From Eledone cirrhosa (taxonomy: Eukaryota): a DNA stretch of 64,000 bases. The DNA lies in NCBI GenBank assembly GCA_964016885.1, contig OZ024743.1:88908001-88972000 (forward strand). Direction: 5' to 3'. The notes beneath the pieces were generated by a model. The model ran no database searches, had not been told where the DNA came from, and was given only the letters and a program-made list of their open reading frames with translations. The position numbers and the translations under genes were made by a program. Below are positions 27,618 to 39,966 of this stretch, piece by piece. The first letter of the stretch is position 1, and each line of letters opens with the position of its first letter.

Positions 27618-30000
27618 TTGAAAATAATAACTCTGAACTAAATAAGAAAAGAAAACAAATTATACAATTTTTTAATTACCTTAATCTAAAAATAGAAATT
27701 GAGAATAACCATAGAATAGTCAATTTCCTAGACGTAACATTTAATCTCAACACATGTCTTCACTATCCATTTCACAAGTTAAATGAAAACTTGAATTATG
27801 TCAATTTTAGCTCCAATCACCCCAGATCTGTCAAAAATACTATAGTAAACTCTGTTCAAAAACGTATCTCTAGAATCTCTTCCAATAAAAATATTTTTGA
27901 CGAAAAAGCCCAATATTATAATGATGCTTTAGCTAGAGCAGGATATAGTGATAAAATTATGTACATCGATAATAGACAAACTAACCAAAATAACAACAAT
28001 TTTAATTACAGTAACAACTTTAACAACTATAATAGAAAGCACTACAATAATATCAAAAATCAGAAAAGAAATAGAACTAGAAATATAATATGGTTTGCCC
28101 CCCCCTTTCTCACTAAACATTAAAACCCACATCGCTAAACTATTTTTTAATGCTCTTGACAAACGCTTCCCTAGAACACATAAGTATCACTCAATTTTTA
28201 ATAGACATACTATAAAATTAACGTACTCGTCCACCAAAAATTTAGCACAAAATATTAATAGAATAAATAATAGGAATCTAAAACCTAGCCAAAATACCGA
28301 AAATAGCCTAAACAATATTCAACTAAAAAACTGTAACTGTAGAGATAGATCTAAATGTCCGCTAAATAACAATTGCTTAGTTAAAAATATAATATACAAC
28401 TGTAATGTTAGAACTGATTTAAATTCTTTTAATTATGTTGGTTCCACCTCGACAGAATTTAAACTTCGCTATAATAATCACAAAAATTCTTTCACGGATC
28501 CAAATAAAAAATCATCAACATCGCTGTCAGGGCTTCTCTGGCAACTTAAGCATGATAAAGTTGGATATTCGATGGTTTGGAATATAGTCTCAAAAGGGAT
28601 TCCTTTTAATTCCTCTTCTGAGACTTGTGACCTCTGCGCGGAGGAGATATTCTTTATATTAAAATCTAAAAATTCCCTTAATTTACGAACCAATTTATTC
28701 AGCTGTTGCAGACATAGATTGAACTCAACATTTAAATATAAATATAAATTTAAAATGTAGTATAAAATGTAGTATATTTACTTAAGATATTTGACTATTT
28801 GTGATACTTGGCGATAAATCTTTCGATTCCTTTAAATTTTTTTTTAAAACCTTTCCGCATGAATATATAATTAATGAGATTAAATAAACTACCCTAAAAT
28901 TGGCGTTGGTCCCAATCTTTTGAATAAATTTTTAAGCTGGATAAACTTCTATAATAAATATAAGAGCATTTGTAGAATAAGTTTTGAATGATTTCTGATA
29001 AATAAGGCTTGGTGAGCAATTTTGGTCCTGTTTGCTTTGACTCTGATTCTATGACCGATATGCGTGGCATACTATGTTCTCTTGCGTCCCTAGATACTCT
29101 GTGGAGTGACGAAGATATTCTTGGCGTTTTTAATTTTAATATTGATATCTGTTGTCTACTCTATGCTTGATCGATGATTGTTTTAGATGTTAATGTATAT
29201 CTTATATGTTTTGTGTCTATATATATGTATATATGTATGTAAATGTATGTAGGGTGGAATCTCTTCTAACGCATTGAAGTTTTTCTTTTCTGAAACATTG
29301 AAGTTTTTCATGAAATATAAGAATCAGGGCAGCGTATCACCTAGGTTCACATGTGCGTCTTTATTTATCAACTTGAATTTGAGATAACCTTCTCTTTTCT
29401 CATTTTTCACGAGAATGCATATATACTTATGTTTGAAGTTTTGTCTCAGATTTTGCTTATAGACCTAAGAATTTTTAAACTGAGCATGTGGTCATTTTTT
29501 TACACATTATAGATATGTGTCTCATTCATGAATACTGGTATTTACATTATAGTGCCTAATTCATAAAAATTGATAATTCAAATGGATGAGACATAATATA
29601 TTTTTAATATATTTTAAATATATCATCTTTCTTTCTTTTTCTCCTATACACTAATCTAACTGTATCCCTTCCCTTAACCTCTCACATATACGATGATCAT
29701 CTGTCAAAATGTAGCCTACTATGTTTTTTTTTTTCACCATCAATGTATTTCTCTCTATCCTTGCCTCTCTATCTCGCTCCGTTGTTTTTCTTTACATACA
29801 TCTCTTTTCTCTTTGCATACATCTCTTCATCTTCTTCTTTTTTATTTACATACATCTCTTCACCTTCTTCTTCTCATCTTCGTTTTCTTTCTATATAACT
29901 ATCATAACAGTTTCACTACCAAATCAACTTTTTTAAAAGGAAGTTGCATTCTGAAAAGGTATGTCACTAATTATTTATAAAACAGCTTATGTATTGTATT

Positions 30001-30058
30001 TTGTCTGAGGAAGGCATAACATATTTTTAATATGATATCCCAGAAATATATATAACGA
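30001..30058 (+). ncRNA. Type-I HHR motif at the 3' end of the PLE
   Basis: ttgt CTGAGGA a ggcataacatat/atatgatatcc ca GAA atatat ATA acga. Confidence 0.55.
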
Positions 30059-30100
30059 AATAAATATGGTTTTATAAATATAGTTTCCATTTGTTTAATA

Positions 30101-30194
<94 letters not shown>

Positions 30195-30220
30195 TGTATA
30201 TATATATATATATATATATA

Positions 30221-30284
<64 letters not shown>

Positions 30285-30715
30285 GTCAAAGATGTACATC
30301 CATATATGTATACTGAAATACTAGTATGTATATGAATACACACACGTATACATATGTAGATGTACCAAGTTTTTTTTTCACTGATCACTTTACTGTGAGT
30401 GGCCAGTTTGTTTTTATATATATATATATATTTGTTTTTATATATATATATATTTGTTTTTATATATATATATATTTGTTTTTATATATATATATATATA
30501 TATGAAATTTATAGAAATAAGTTGGAAACTCGAATGCAAGGAACAGCTGTTAAAACAGCCGAATGCTGTCAATAAATACATTTCACCCACATTTTCTGTC
30601 TTTGTGCACAATAGTGGATAGTGGATATAGAATGTTTCTATTTTATTGAAGAGAGAGAGAGAGAGTGTGTGTGTGTGTGTGTGGTTACCTTGCATCAAGA
30701 GACTAACATTATTTT

Positions 30716-30902
30716 TGTGGATTGGCAGTATCGGTAGAGGGTTGGACGCCATGCTTTGACGCATAGAGTTACGGCCCTTGCCATTTTGAGTTCAAATCCC
30801 GCCGAGGTTAACTTTGCCTTTCATCCTTACGGGGGCGATAAAATAAAGTACCAGTAATGTACTGGGTAATTGCTGGCCTTGTACCAAAAGTAGAAACAAT
30901 TA
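30716..30902 (+). mobile_element. Family-A SINE
   Basis: Near-identical to 45766-45952 and 27431-27617. Confidence 0.85.
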
Positions 30903-30975
30903 TTTTTAGGATTTTCAGATAAAAGCAAGCATAAGAGAAGAAGAATAAAAATACAAATATATATATATATATATT

Positions 30976-31165
30976 GGTGTCACAACAAAAAGCACTGAGT
31001 ACACACTGTAAAGTGGTCATTTAGGTGTCACAACAAAAAGCACTGAGTACACACTGTAAAGTGGTCATTTAGGTGTCACAACAAAAAGCACTGAGTACAC
31101 ACTGTAAAGTGGTCATGTAGGTGTCACAACAAAAAGCACTGAGTACACACTGTAAAAGTGGTTGG
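30976..31165 (+). repeat. 48-bp tandem repeat x4 at the head of a retroposon 3' fragment
   Basis: ggtgtcacaacaaaaagcactgagtacacactgtaaagtggtcattta at 30976, 31024, 31072 and 31120. Confidence 0.9.
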
Positions 31166-31523
31166 CCTTAGGAAGGGCATCCAGCCATAGAAACCAGCCC
31201 AAATTAGTTCTGTATGAACAAGACATAGTCAACTGACCTCAACTTGCTTCAAATAGGATAACCCGTCTAACCCATGCTGGCATGGAAAATGGACTTTAAA
31301 TAGTAATGATGATGATGATGATATGTCTATATATATGTCAGTTCTTTCGTTGCTACGGTCCCCGCGGCTGAATTACTGGTCGCTATCTTCAATTTGCAAA
31401 GCCCTTTAAACGGTATGTTATTACTCTAAGGTTTTATACCTTATCAAGTGCTTGGCTGCACTTCTGATTGCATTCGTTGGCTTAGCTGCGGCTCGAGCTT
31501 TGACTATACTGTACTTCCATTTG

Positions 31524-31576
<53 letters not shown>

Positions 31577-31648
31577 TTGTCCAACCCTTGCAAGCAGGGA
31601 AAAGCGGACGTAAAATGATGATGATGATGATGATGATATATATATATG

Positions 31649-32394
31649 CAGTGGCAGACTGGGTCTAAAAATATTGGTTGCCAGGAGATAAAGGGGGCCC
31701 ATCCACATATAGATTGCTATAATTAAATTTTTATAATGAATAAATAACATTTTCAAAAAATACATAAGTGAAAACAAAACAGTGCAATCAAATTTTTGCG
31801 GAAAAAATATGTGTATTTTTTTTTACTAATTATAGTGTATATATACTGTACATATTACTGGCAGCATACAGTAATACTAAATGTTAATACAGAATGTTAT
31901 AATTGAATTTTTAAATAATTGTGAATGTATATTATTTGGGGACTCATTCCCCCTGGGGACTTTAGACTGAAGAACTGACAATTAATTGATCTTACATATG
32001 TCTTTAACCCATTGATATAAAAAATTATTTGGCCAGCAGCTTGTGTGTATGTGTAAACATATATATATATATATGAATGCACATGTGTGTGTGTGTGTCC
32101 ATGTATGTATGCATGCACGAATGAATATAGTAAGCTATAACAAGTGATTCCAACTGTTATCACTATCATATATTTTGATTTCTATTAATTTCCTAGGGAA
32201 TTGTTTGACCAAATGCTTTGCTCATTTGTTTATTTATTTAAAAAAAATTTTGTTCTTTCTCTAAGACTTTTTTTAAAAGATATTTTTTGAAAGAAAAGCA
32301 TTGGCCTTTAAAATACTACAGTGGGTTCCTGCAATGCTATCGTGGGCCCCCTGAGGTCCACTTGTCATTAGGCAACCTGGCCAGTCCGTCACTG
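31649..32394. mobile_element. hAT-type non-autonomous element
   Basis: TIR cagtggcagactgg / ccagtccgtcactg; TSD not evident. Confidence 0.5.
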
Positions 32395-32419
32395 GTCATG
32401 TCTATTTACAAAAAATAAA

Positions 32420-32501
32420 TAACAGCATTGGGATTCGAAATCACATCTCCGGAGAGACTGGTGCCTAAAACCAGCGCTTTAGACCACTCGGCCACACTAC
32501 T
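32420..32501 (-). pseudogene. Degenerate tRNA-Leu(TAG)
   Basis: gtagtgtggccgagtggtctaaagcgctggtttTAGgcaccagtctctccggagatgtgatttcgaatcccaatgctgtt; long variable arm; T-stem and acceptor mismatches; T-run downstream. Confidence 0.7.
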
Positions 32502-32968
32502 ACATTACAACTCAGCTACTGTATTTTACTTTTAACAATGTTTCTTGTTTGAAAATATTTCACTGTTAAGACAATTAAAATTAGTTGATATTGGAAAATG
32601 TTGAAAGACTCATTTAATTGTTAATTTTTTAAATCGAAAGTTGTCTCTCTTATGTTACTTGAAAATAATTGCCATTATCAAAAGCTTTAACACCAATGTT
32701 TGTCTAACAGTACCATGAGTATGAATCTGTATATGTATCTATGTGTGTGTGTATATGGTTGTGTGTTTCTGTTTGTGTGTGTTTTTGTGTGAGTTTGTTT
32801 TCTTTTCAGGCTCTGAGAAAACCCTGCAGTCAAGGACATCAGATATATCTTACAGAACCTTTAAAATACCTTTTATATAATTGGTAGGGATGGTACAATG
32901 TATGTGTATAGACAACCACCGGTGACCCTAAATGTCAGCTTCATCTTATATGAAAAAAAAAAGATAAT

Positions 32969-33050
32969 TGGCAGTGGTGGGATTCAAACAACTCCTCCTA
33001 AGAGACTGGTGCCTTAAACCAGCCCCTTAGACCGCTCAGCCACAGTAACA
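32969..33050 (-). pseudogene. Degenerate tRNA-Leu(AAG)
   Basis: gttactgtggctgagcggtctaaggggctggtttAAGgcaccagtctcttaggaggagttgtttgaatcccaccactgcca; B-box mutated; T-run downstream. Confidence 0.7.
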
Positions 33051-33146
33051 CATGATAACGCTGGCATCCAGTTATAGCATTGTGAACACAAAATCAAAAT
33101 GGTGCAGTACAGAACATAGGAGAGACACAAAATATCACCAAAGCTA

Positions 33147-33189
33147 GTCACTGAGGAGGTCACAGAATGTGTGACAAATAAGCTTCGAC
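33147..33189 (+). ncRNA. Decayed HHR (GAAA lost), same family as 26914-26956
   Basis: gtca CTGAGGAG GTCAC agaatgt GTGAC aaataagctt cgac. Confidence 0.45.
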
Positions 33190-33625
33190 AATCAGCAACT
33201 AAACAACTATCCTGTTATTAAACAAATCAACAGGGAGTTTATAATAAACTGAAGTGAAAACCAACAAGTGCGTGTGTTTTTATCGGTAGCATGACCACCC
33301 CAAAGTAAAACAATATCTATAAATATGTATTCAAAGAGGGTGTGGTAAGATACCAGGTGGACCATAATGCACCAGAGTACTCAATACTTAGGGTAGTAGA
33401 GTAGGTGATATGAAAAGAGTCAGGACCCTAACAGCTGAGCTCCGGCCATCGGGGTCCTGACTCTTTTCATAAATATGTATACATATATATGTATATATAT
33501 ATGTATGAAAGAACTTTAAAATATTTAGTAGGAACGGTGAAACTTACTATGTATAAATACACGCAGTATACTGTTTCTCTAAAAGACCGTTATGTCTATT
33601 TACAAAATATATATTTAAATAACAT

Positions 33626-33656
33626 TGGCAGCGGTGGGATTCGAACCCATGTCTCT
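33626..33656 (-). pseudogene. 3' half of a tRNA-Leu
   Basis: agagacatgggttcgaatcccaccgctgcca. Confidence 0.6.
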
Positions 33657-33694
33657 ACCTGGCATTTCTACGTGCCATAATCTGGGTGCTCTTA

Positions 33695-33895
33695 GAAAAC
33701 TAGAGCAAGGAATTTAGCGTACAAGTAGACATCCACCAAAGCTCTGTCCTTAGCCCTTCTCCTGTTTATTATCATACTGCAGGCTATAATATAGGAGTTT
33801 AAGACCTGCTGCCCATGGGAACTCCTGTACACAGATGATCTTACACTCATAGCTGAATCCATGGTGGAACTAGAGAAGAAATTCCAAACATGGAA
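33695..33895 (+). mobile_element. RTE LINE RT fragment
   Basis: Translates with a frameshift as FSVQVDIHQSSVLSP/LLFIIILQA...CPWELLYTDDL. Confidence 0.75.
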
Positions 33896-34230
33896 GCATA
33901 TATACAGTATGCACCACCCCATCCCACCCTCCCATATATCTTTCATTAGAAGAGGTCGAAACACTGTAAAGTGGTCGTGATGGTGACACGGTAAAAAGTA
34001 CCCAGCCCACACTGTAAAGTGATCGTGTAGGAATCACGACAAAAAGCACCCAATACTCACTGTAAATGAGGTTGGCATTAGGAAGAGCATCCAGCTGTAG
34101 AAACCAATTCAAAATCAGTTCTGTATGTGCAAGACATGGTTATCTGACTTAAAATTGCCAACAACAGAACAACTCGTGTAACCCATGTCAGTGTAAAAGG
34201 ATTGACGTAAAACGATGATGATTATGATGA

Positions 34231-34284
<54 letters not shown>

Positions 34285-34287
<3 letters not shown>

Positions 34288-36566
34288 ATCAAAAGATGGT
34301 TAAAAGAGTTCCAAGTATTTTATTATGCGCATTTAAAAAACAAATATCATCATGGGATGATATTTGCGTTTTCATCAGATAAAATAGGGAGACATGATAT
34401 GAAGCTTAAAAAACACTTGCGGGCAGTGAAGTGTTAAATCACCATATGAAAAATAAAGTAAGATGGATATATGAGATTGGGAAAAAAAGGGGGGGGGGGG
34501 GGGTAGGAAAAGGTAAGGAAGAGGAAGAAAGAAAAGGATGACGGGGGAGGAGTATAAGAAGGAAGGATGAGAGAGGAGGAGAAATAGCCTTTTTAGAGAA
34601 ATAGCCTTTAAAACTGAGAAAACACTGTCTCACAGAGAGAAATTAAAAAACCGTTGAAAGATAATAGATAATTTTAAAAGATTTTGAAATTAAAAGTTAA
34701 TGAGGTTTATGGATGGTGATGTTTATGATTAAAGAAAAAGGAATTAAGAATAGTATTTATTTAAGGTTTATATATTGAAGGGTTTAATAATATGTGCGAA
34801 AAAAAGTGTTTATTAATATGTATTATTAAAATAAAAGGATATAATATGAGTGAATGAGAGATTAAATGAATTATGAATTTAGAGGAATTAGTTAGGGTTT
34901 AAGTTTGTTTTTATGTATTGTAATATGTAAAAGTAAATAATAGGTTTAATACGAGACCGGAAGGATAGAAGAAAGAAGAAAGTTTATGGAAGAAAAAATA
35001 TATAACGTCAAAATATATATATGTTTACAAAATTTACTAATGGTAATATTATTATATATTAAGAAAAATATAGTTTCTATGGCCAAGAATATAAGGAAAA
35101 ATGAAAAATGCCATAGTGAGTAATAATATGAATTAAGAAGTAATTGAGAACTAAAAGTTACAGATTAAAGATTAGAAATTTAAAAAAAGAGAAGAAAGGA
35201 AGAAAGGAAAAAGGATAAAAAGAAGAAAGATAGGGGATCACAACGACATAGAATGAATAAATTGTATAATATAATATACTAAAATAAGGTAGAAAGATGG
35301 GTATATTTGTAAAAGATATAAAAGCGTTTGAGAAAAGAAGATTTTAAAACTAATTAGGTATTGAGATATTAGCTGTATACTTTATGGAAAGTTCTATGGG
35401 ATTTATGCAAGCAGAGCGAAAATAAATCCGTACGTCTATTTATTATAGAATTAAAATTAGATATAATGGTAAATTTCTCGGCTAGGCAGAGATTACATGT
35501 TCTGGATAGGGAGGAATTCCGGTAAGGAACGGCGTTGCAAACCTTCCTCCAAGAGATGTTATAGTTAATATGTTTGTCTTTTAAGGACCATATGAGTTCC
35601 GAGTGTGCCGTGTTAGTTCTTTTAAGTTGGTATTTAAAAGACGAATTGTGATGATAAAATCTTGCTTTAAAGGAAGTGGAAGTGGAACCGAAATAGGTAA
35701 AAGAATTAGTACCAGTATAACCTTACATTCATACACTAAATTTTTATCAAGACATTGGTTATTAAGAGGACATTTAGTTCTAACAGGGCAATTACAATTA
35801 CGATTAGAGAAATTAGCAGAGTTATTAACAAGTGATCTAGTATTATTTATAGAAGGAATTGGATTGGAGAAGTTATTTACGATAGGAACTATAGTTTCCT
35901 GATTTAGATTGGTGTTATGAACATTCAACGAAGTTACGTTTGACGTCGTATTTAAATTTACTGAATCTAGTCTAGAGTTAACAATGACGTCGGGTCTACT
36001 ATTGCTATTATTATGACGCTCAGTGTTGGACGGATGTAATTTATTATTTAATATTTTATTATTGTGTTTAGAAATAATGTTAGAGATGTTGGAAGTGGTG
36101 GAATAAGAGAATTTGATTGTATGTTTGTTAAAGATTTTACTATAGATATGCGAGGGAGGGAAGCATTTATCTAAGGCACTAAAAAATAGTTTGGGAATAT
36201 TACTAGTAATAGATAGAGAAAAAGGAGCATTATACCAAATCATATTTTTGTATCTAGGTATTTTATTTAAGTTATTGGAATGTACATAGCTAACTATTTT
36301 ACTATAAGTCCTTCGATGATTGGTTTCTTTACTGTATTTAATTTTATCAGGATAACCGGCTTTGGAAAGCGCATTATTATAATAGTTGGCATTAGCGTCG
36401 AAGATAACTTTATTAGAGGATAGATTTGAGATTCTTTTTTCGACATTACTGAGTATAGCATTTTTAACATTAATGGGGTGGTTAGATTTAAAATTAACAT
36501 AATTTAGATTCTCATTGTCTTTATGGTAAGGGTAATATAGGCCGGTGTCAAGATTAAGGGATATAT
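34285..36566 (-). mobile_element. Penelope-like element, 5'-truncated and frameshifted
   Basis: IWYNAPFS, KIFNKHTIKFSYST, CNCPVRTKCPLNNQCLDKNLVY, CNLCLAEKF; 3' HHR. Confidence 0.85.
34319..34383 (-). ncRNA. Type-I HHR motif with GAAA changed to TAAA
   Basis: ttat CTGATGA aaac GCAAATATCATC ccat GATGATATTTGT tttt TAA ATGCGC ATA ataa. Confidence 0.55.
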
Positions 36567-36839
36567 ATGCAGGAAGTTAGCTATTTTGACGTTGTTATCA
36601 AATTCAATTTAAGCACCATAACCTTAAAATAAGCAAATGTCCAACCCCTATTATTTGGAATCCGAGAGTGTATATATATATATATATATATAATATATAT
36701 ATAATATATATATATAATATATGTATAATATATATATCTATAATATATATAATATATATCTATAATATATATATATCTATAATATATATATCTATAATAT
36801 ATATAATATATATCTATAATATATATATATATATATAAT

Positions 36840-37022
36840 TGTTTCTACTTTAGGCACAAGGCCAGCAATTACCCAGTGCATTACTGGTACTTTATTTTAT
36901 CGACCCCGCAAGGATAAAAGGCAAAGTCAACCTCGGCGGGATTTGAACCCAGATCGTAAAGGGACGTAACTATGCTGGAAAGCATGGCGTCCGACCCTCT
37001 ACTGATACTGCCAATCCACCGC

Positions 37023-37025
<3 letters not shown>
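36840..37025 (-). mobile_element. Family-A SINE
   Basis: Matches the family consensus. Confidence 0.85.
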
Positions 37026-37063
<38 letters not shown>

Positions 37064-37066
<3 letters not shown>

Positions 37067-37218
37067 ACACACTAGAAGAGGAAGACCAAGGTTAACGGAT
37101 GTTGATGCCCTAAGGACAGACACTGGTCTGTTAGAGACGCAGGACATGGCAGCGATAATGAGGGACAGAGACCGCTGGAGAGAACTCGTCCATGGATCTC
37201 GGGAATTTTACCCGCCTT
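37064..37218 (+). mobile_element. RTE-like LINE extreme 3' fragment
   Basis: HTRRGRPRLTDVDALRTDTGL...MRDRDRWR. Confidence 0.65.
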
Positions 37219-37282
<64 letters not shown>

Positions 37283-37296
37283 TATATATAATATAT

Positions 37297-38338
<1,042 letters not shown>

Positions 38339-38575
38339 TATAATATATAATCTACTCTGATGAATATCGAGTGCTAATTTTGGCATACCGCCTATGGAAG
38401 CACCATAGCTACCACTATACACAACTATATAATATATATGTAGAAGTTCTATTTAAATTGTTGGGATACAACAAGCAAATATTTTTATAACTGATATAAA
38501 GCACTCAACAAATTATTGGAGTAAAAATACGATATATTAACAAATGGAAACTATATTTATAAAACCATATTTATT

Positions 38576-38632
38576 TCATTATACATATTTCAAAGACACC
38601 AAGTTAAATTATGGTGTGCTTTCATCAGATAA
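38576..38632 (-). ncRNA. Type-I HHR motif at the 3' end of the PLE
   Basis: ttat CTGATGA aagc ACACCA taatttaact TGGTGT cttt GAA atatgt ATA atga. Confidence 0.65.
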
Positions 38633-38811
38633 AATATAATATAGATCAGTTTTATAAATAAATATTGACATACCCTTAAAGAATGCGACCATTTCTGTTG
38701 GAAGCTCCCGGATCGTGGGATTATAAATTTATTTATACTATTATGCAAATTAGTGTCGGATATTTTTAAATCACAGTAGATTTAAAATAAGCCGTTGGGG
38801 TATGGAGAGAG

Positions 38812-39013
38812 GGAAAAAAGAAAAAAGAAAAAAGAAAAAAGAAAAAAGAAAAAAGAAAAAAGAAAAAAGAAAAAAGAAAAAAGAAAAAAGAAAAAAGAAA
38901 AAAGAAAAAAGAAAAAAGAAAAAAGAAAAAAGAAAAAAGAAAAAAGAAAAAAGAAAAAAGAAAAAAGAAAAAAGAAAAAAGAAAAAAGAAAAAAGAAAAA
39001 AAAAAAAAAAAAA
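38812..39013. repeat. (GAAAAAA)n heptamer microsatellite within the PLE 3' region
   Basis: Seen directly. Confidence 0.95.
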
Positions 39014-39887
39014 ACAGCTTTAAGAGGAAAATAAGAAAACGAGAAAAAGAGAAAGAGAGAAAGAGAAGAAAAAAGAAAAGAGAAAAGAGAAAGCGAAAGA
39101 GAAAGAGAAAGCCCTAAGTGATAGGTTGTTGTATTGGCATAACTTTTAAGATGAAGTGAAAAAACAAATATTTTTTGGATGAGTAAAGTAAATAAGTAAA
39201 TAAGCGTGAATGGAAAATACTCGTGAATGGAAAATGAATTTTAACCAGTGTTTAAATATGATTAAATGTTTAGTTTATCAATTAAATTATTCATCAAATT
39301 ATTGAGATCTATACATTAAAAGTTGAGATCTATATATTATTAAAAAATCTATATATTATTAAAACCCATATATTATTAAAAGAATATATTCATATATATA
39401 CGTACGCACACATATATACATATACATATACATATAAATATATATATATATACCTACACATACCATACACATAGATAAAGGACTTTTTATGTATAAGATA
39501 TAGGAATTTTCTTAAACTTATAGATTTTTCTGAGAAACCAGAGAAAAAAACCCCGGAGAAAAACATTTCTATGTAATAGCAAAACAGCGTGAAGGAAATT
39601 AACTTATTTACTTATATTAAATGTTATAAATGTCAAGATAACAAAGGAAATTTAAGATTATAGAAACCTTATGTTATAATACAAACCTTATATTATAAAT
39701 TTTATATTTACTAAATCCACCTGTTATGTAGTTGTGACTGTTATTATATAAGTTTTGTTTATCATGAACCTTAAGGAAACCCTTATAATCTAGTGCATTT
39801 GAATTGTATGCATATATATATATATATATACACACACAACTCCCACATATATACACATAGACATAGAAACACATACAGGTAGATATG

Positions 39888-39966
<79 letters not shown>

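Larger units (their letters stand above)
27257..30103 (+). mobile_element. Penelope-like element, 5'-truncated (RT C-terminus plus GIY-YIG), with 5' inverted tail and a SINE insertion
   Basis: GGLYRDD, VNFLDVTFNL, SNHP, CNC...CPL..CL..IIY...YVG...FKLRYNNH; 27257-27374 is the inverted family tail (compare 30074-30100 and 38442-38560). Confidence 0.9.

Noticed and set aside
31335-31400. TTGAAGA...GAAAG on the minus strand
   Set aside because: Core mutated and stems I and II do not pair
38352-38425. CTGATGA followed by small hairpins
   Set aside because: No GAAA, stem III or stem I partner in register
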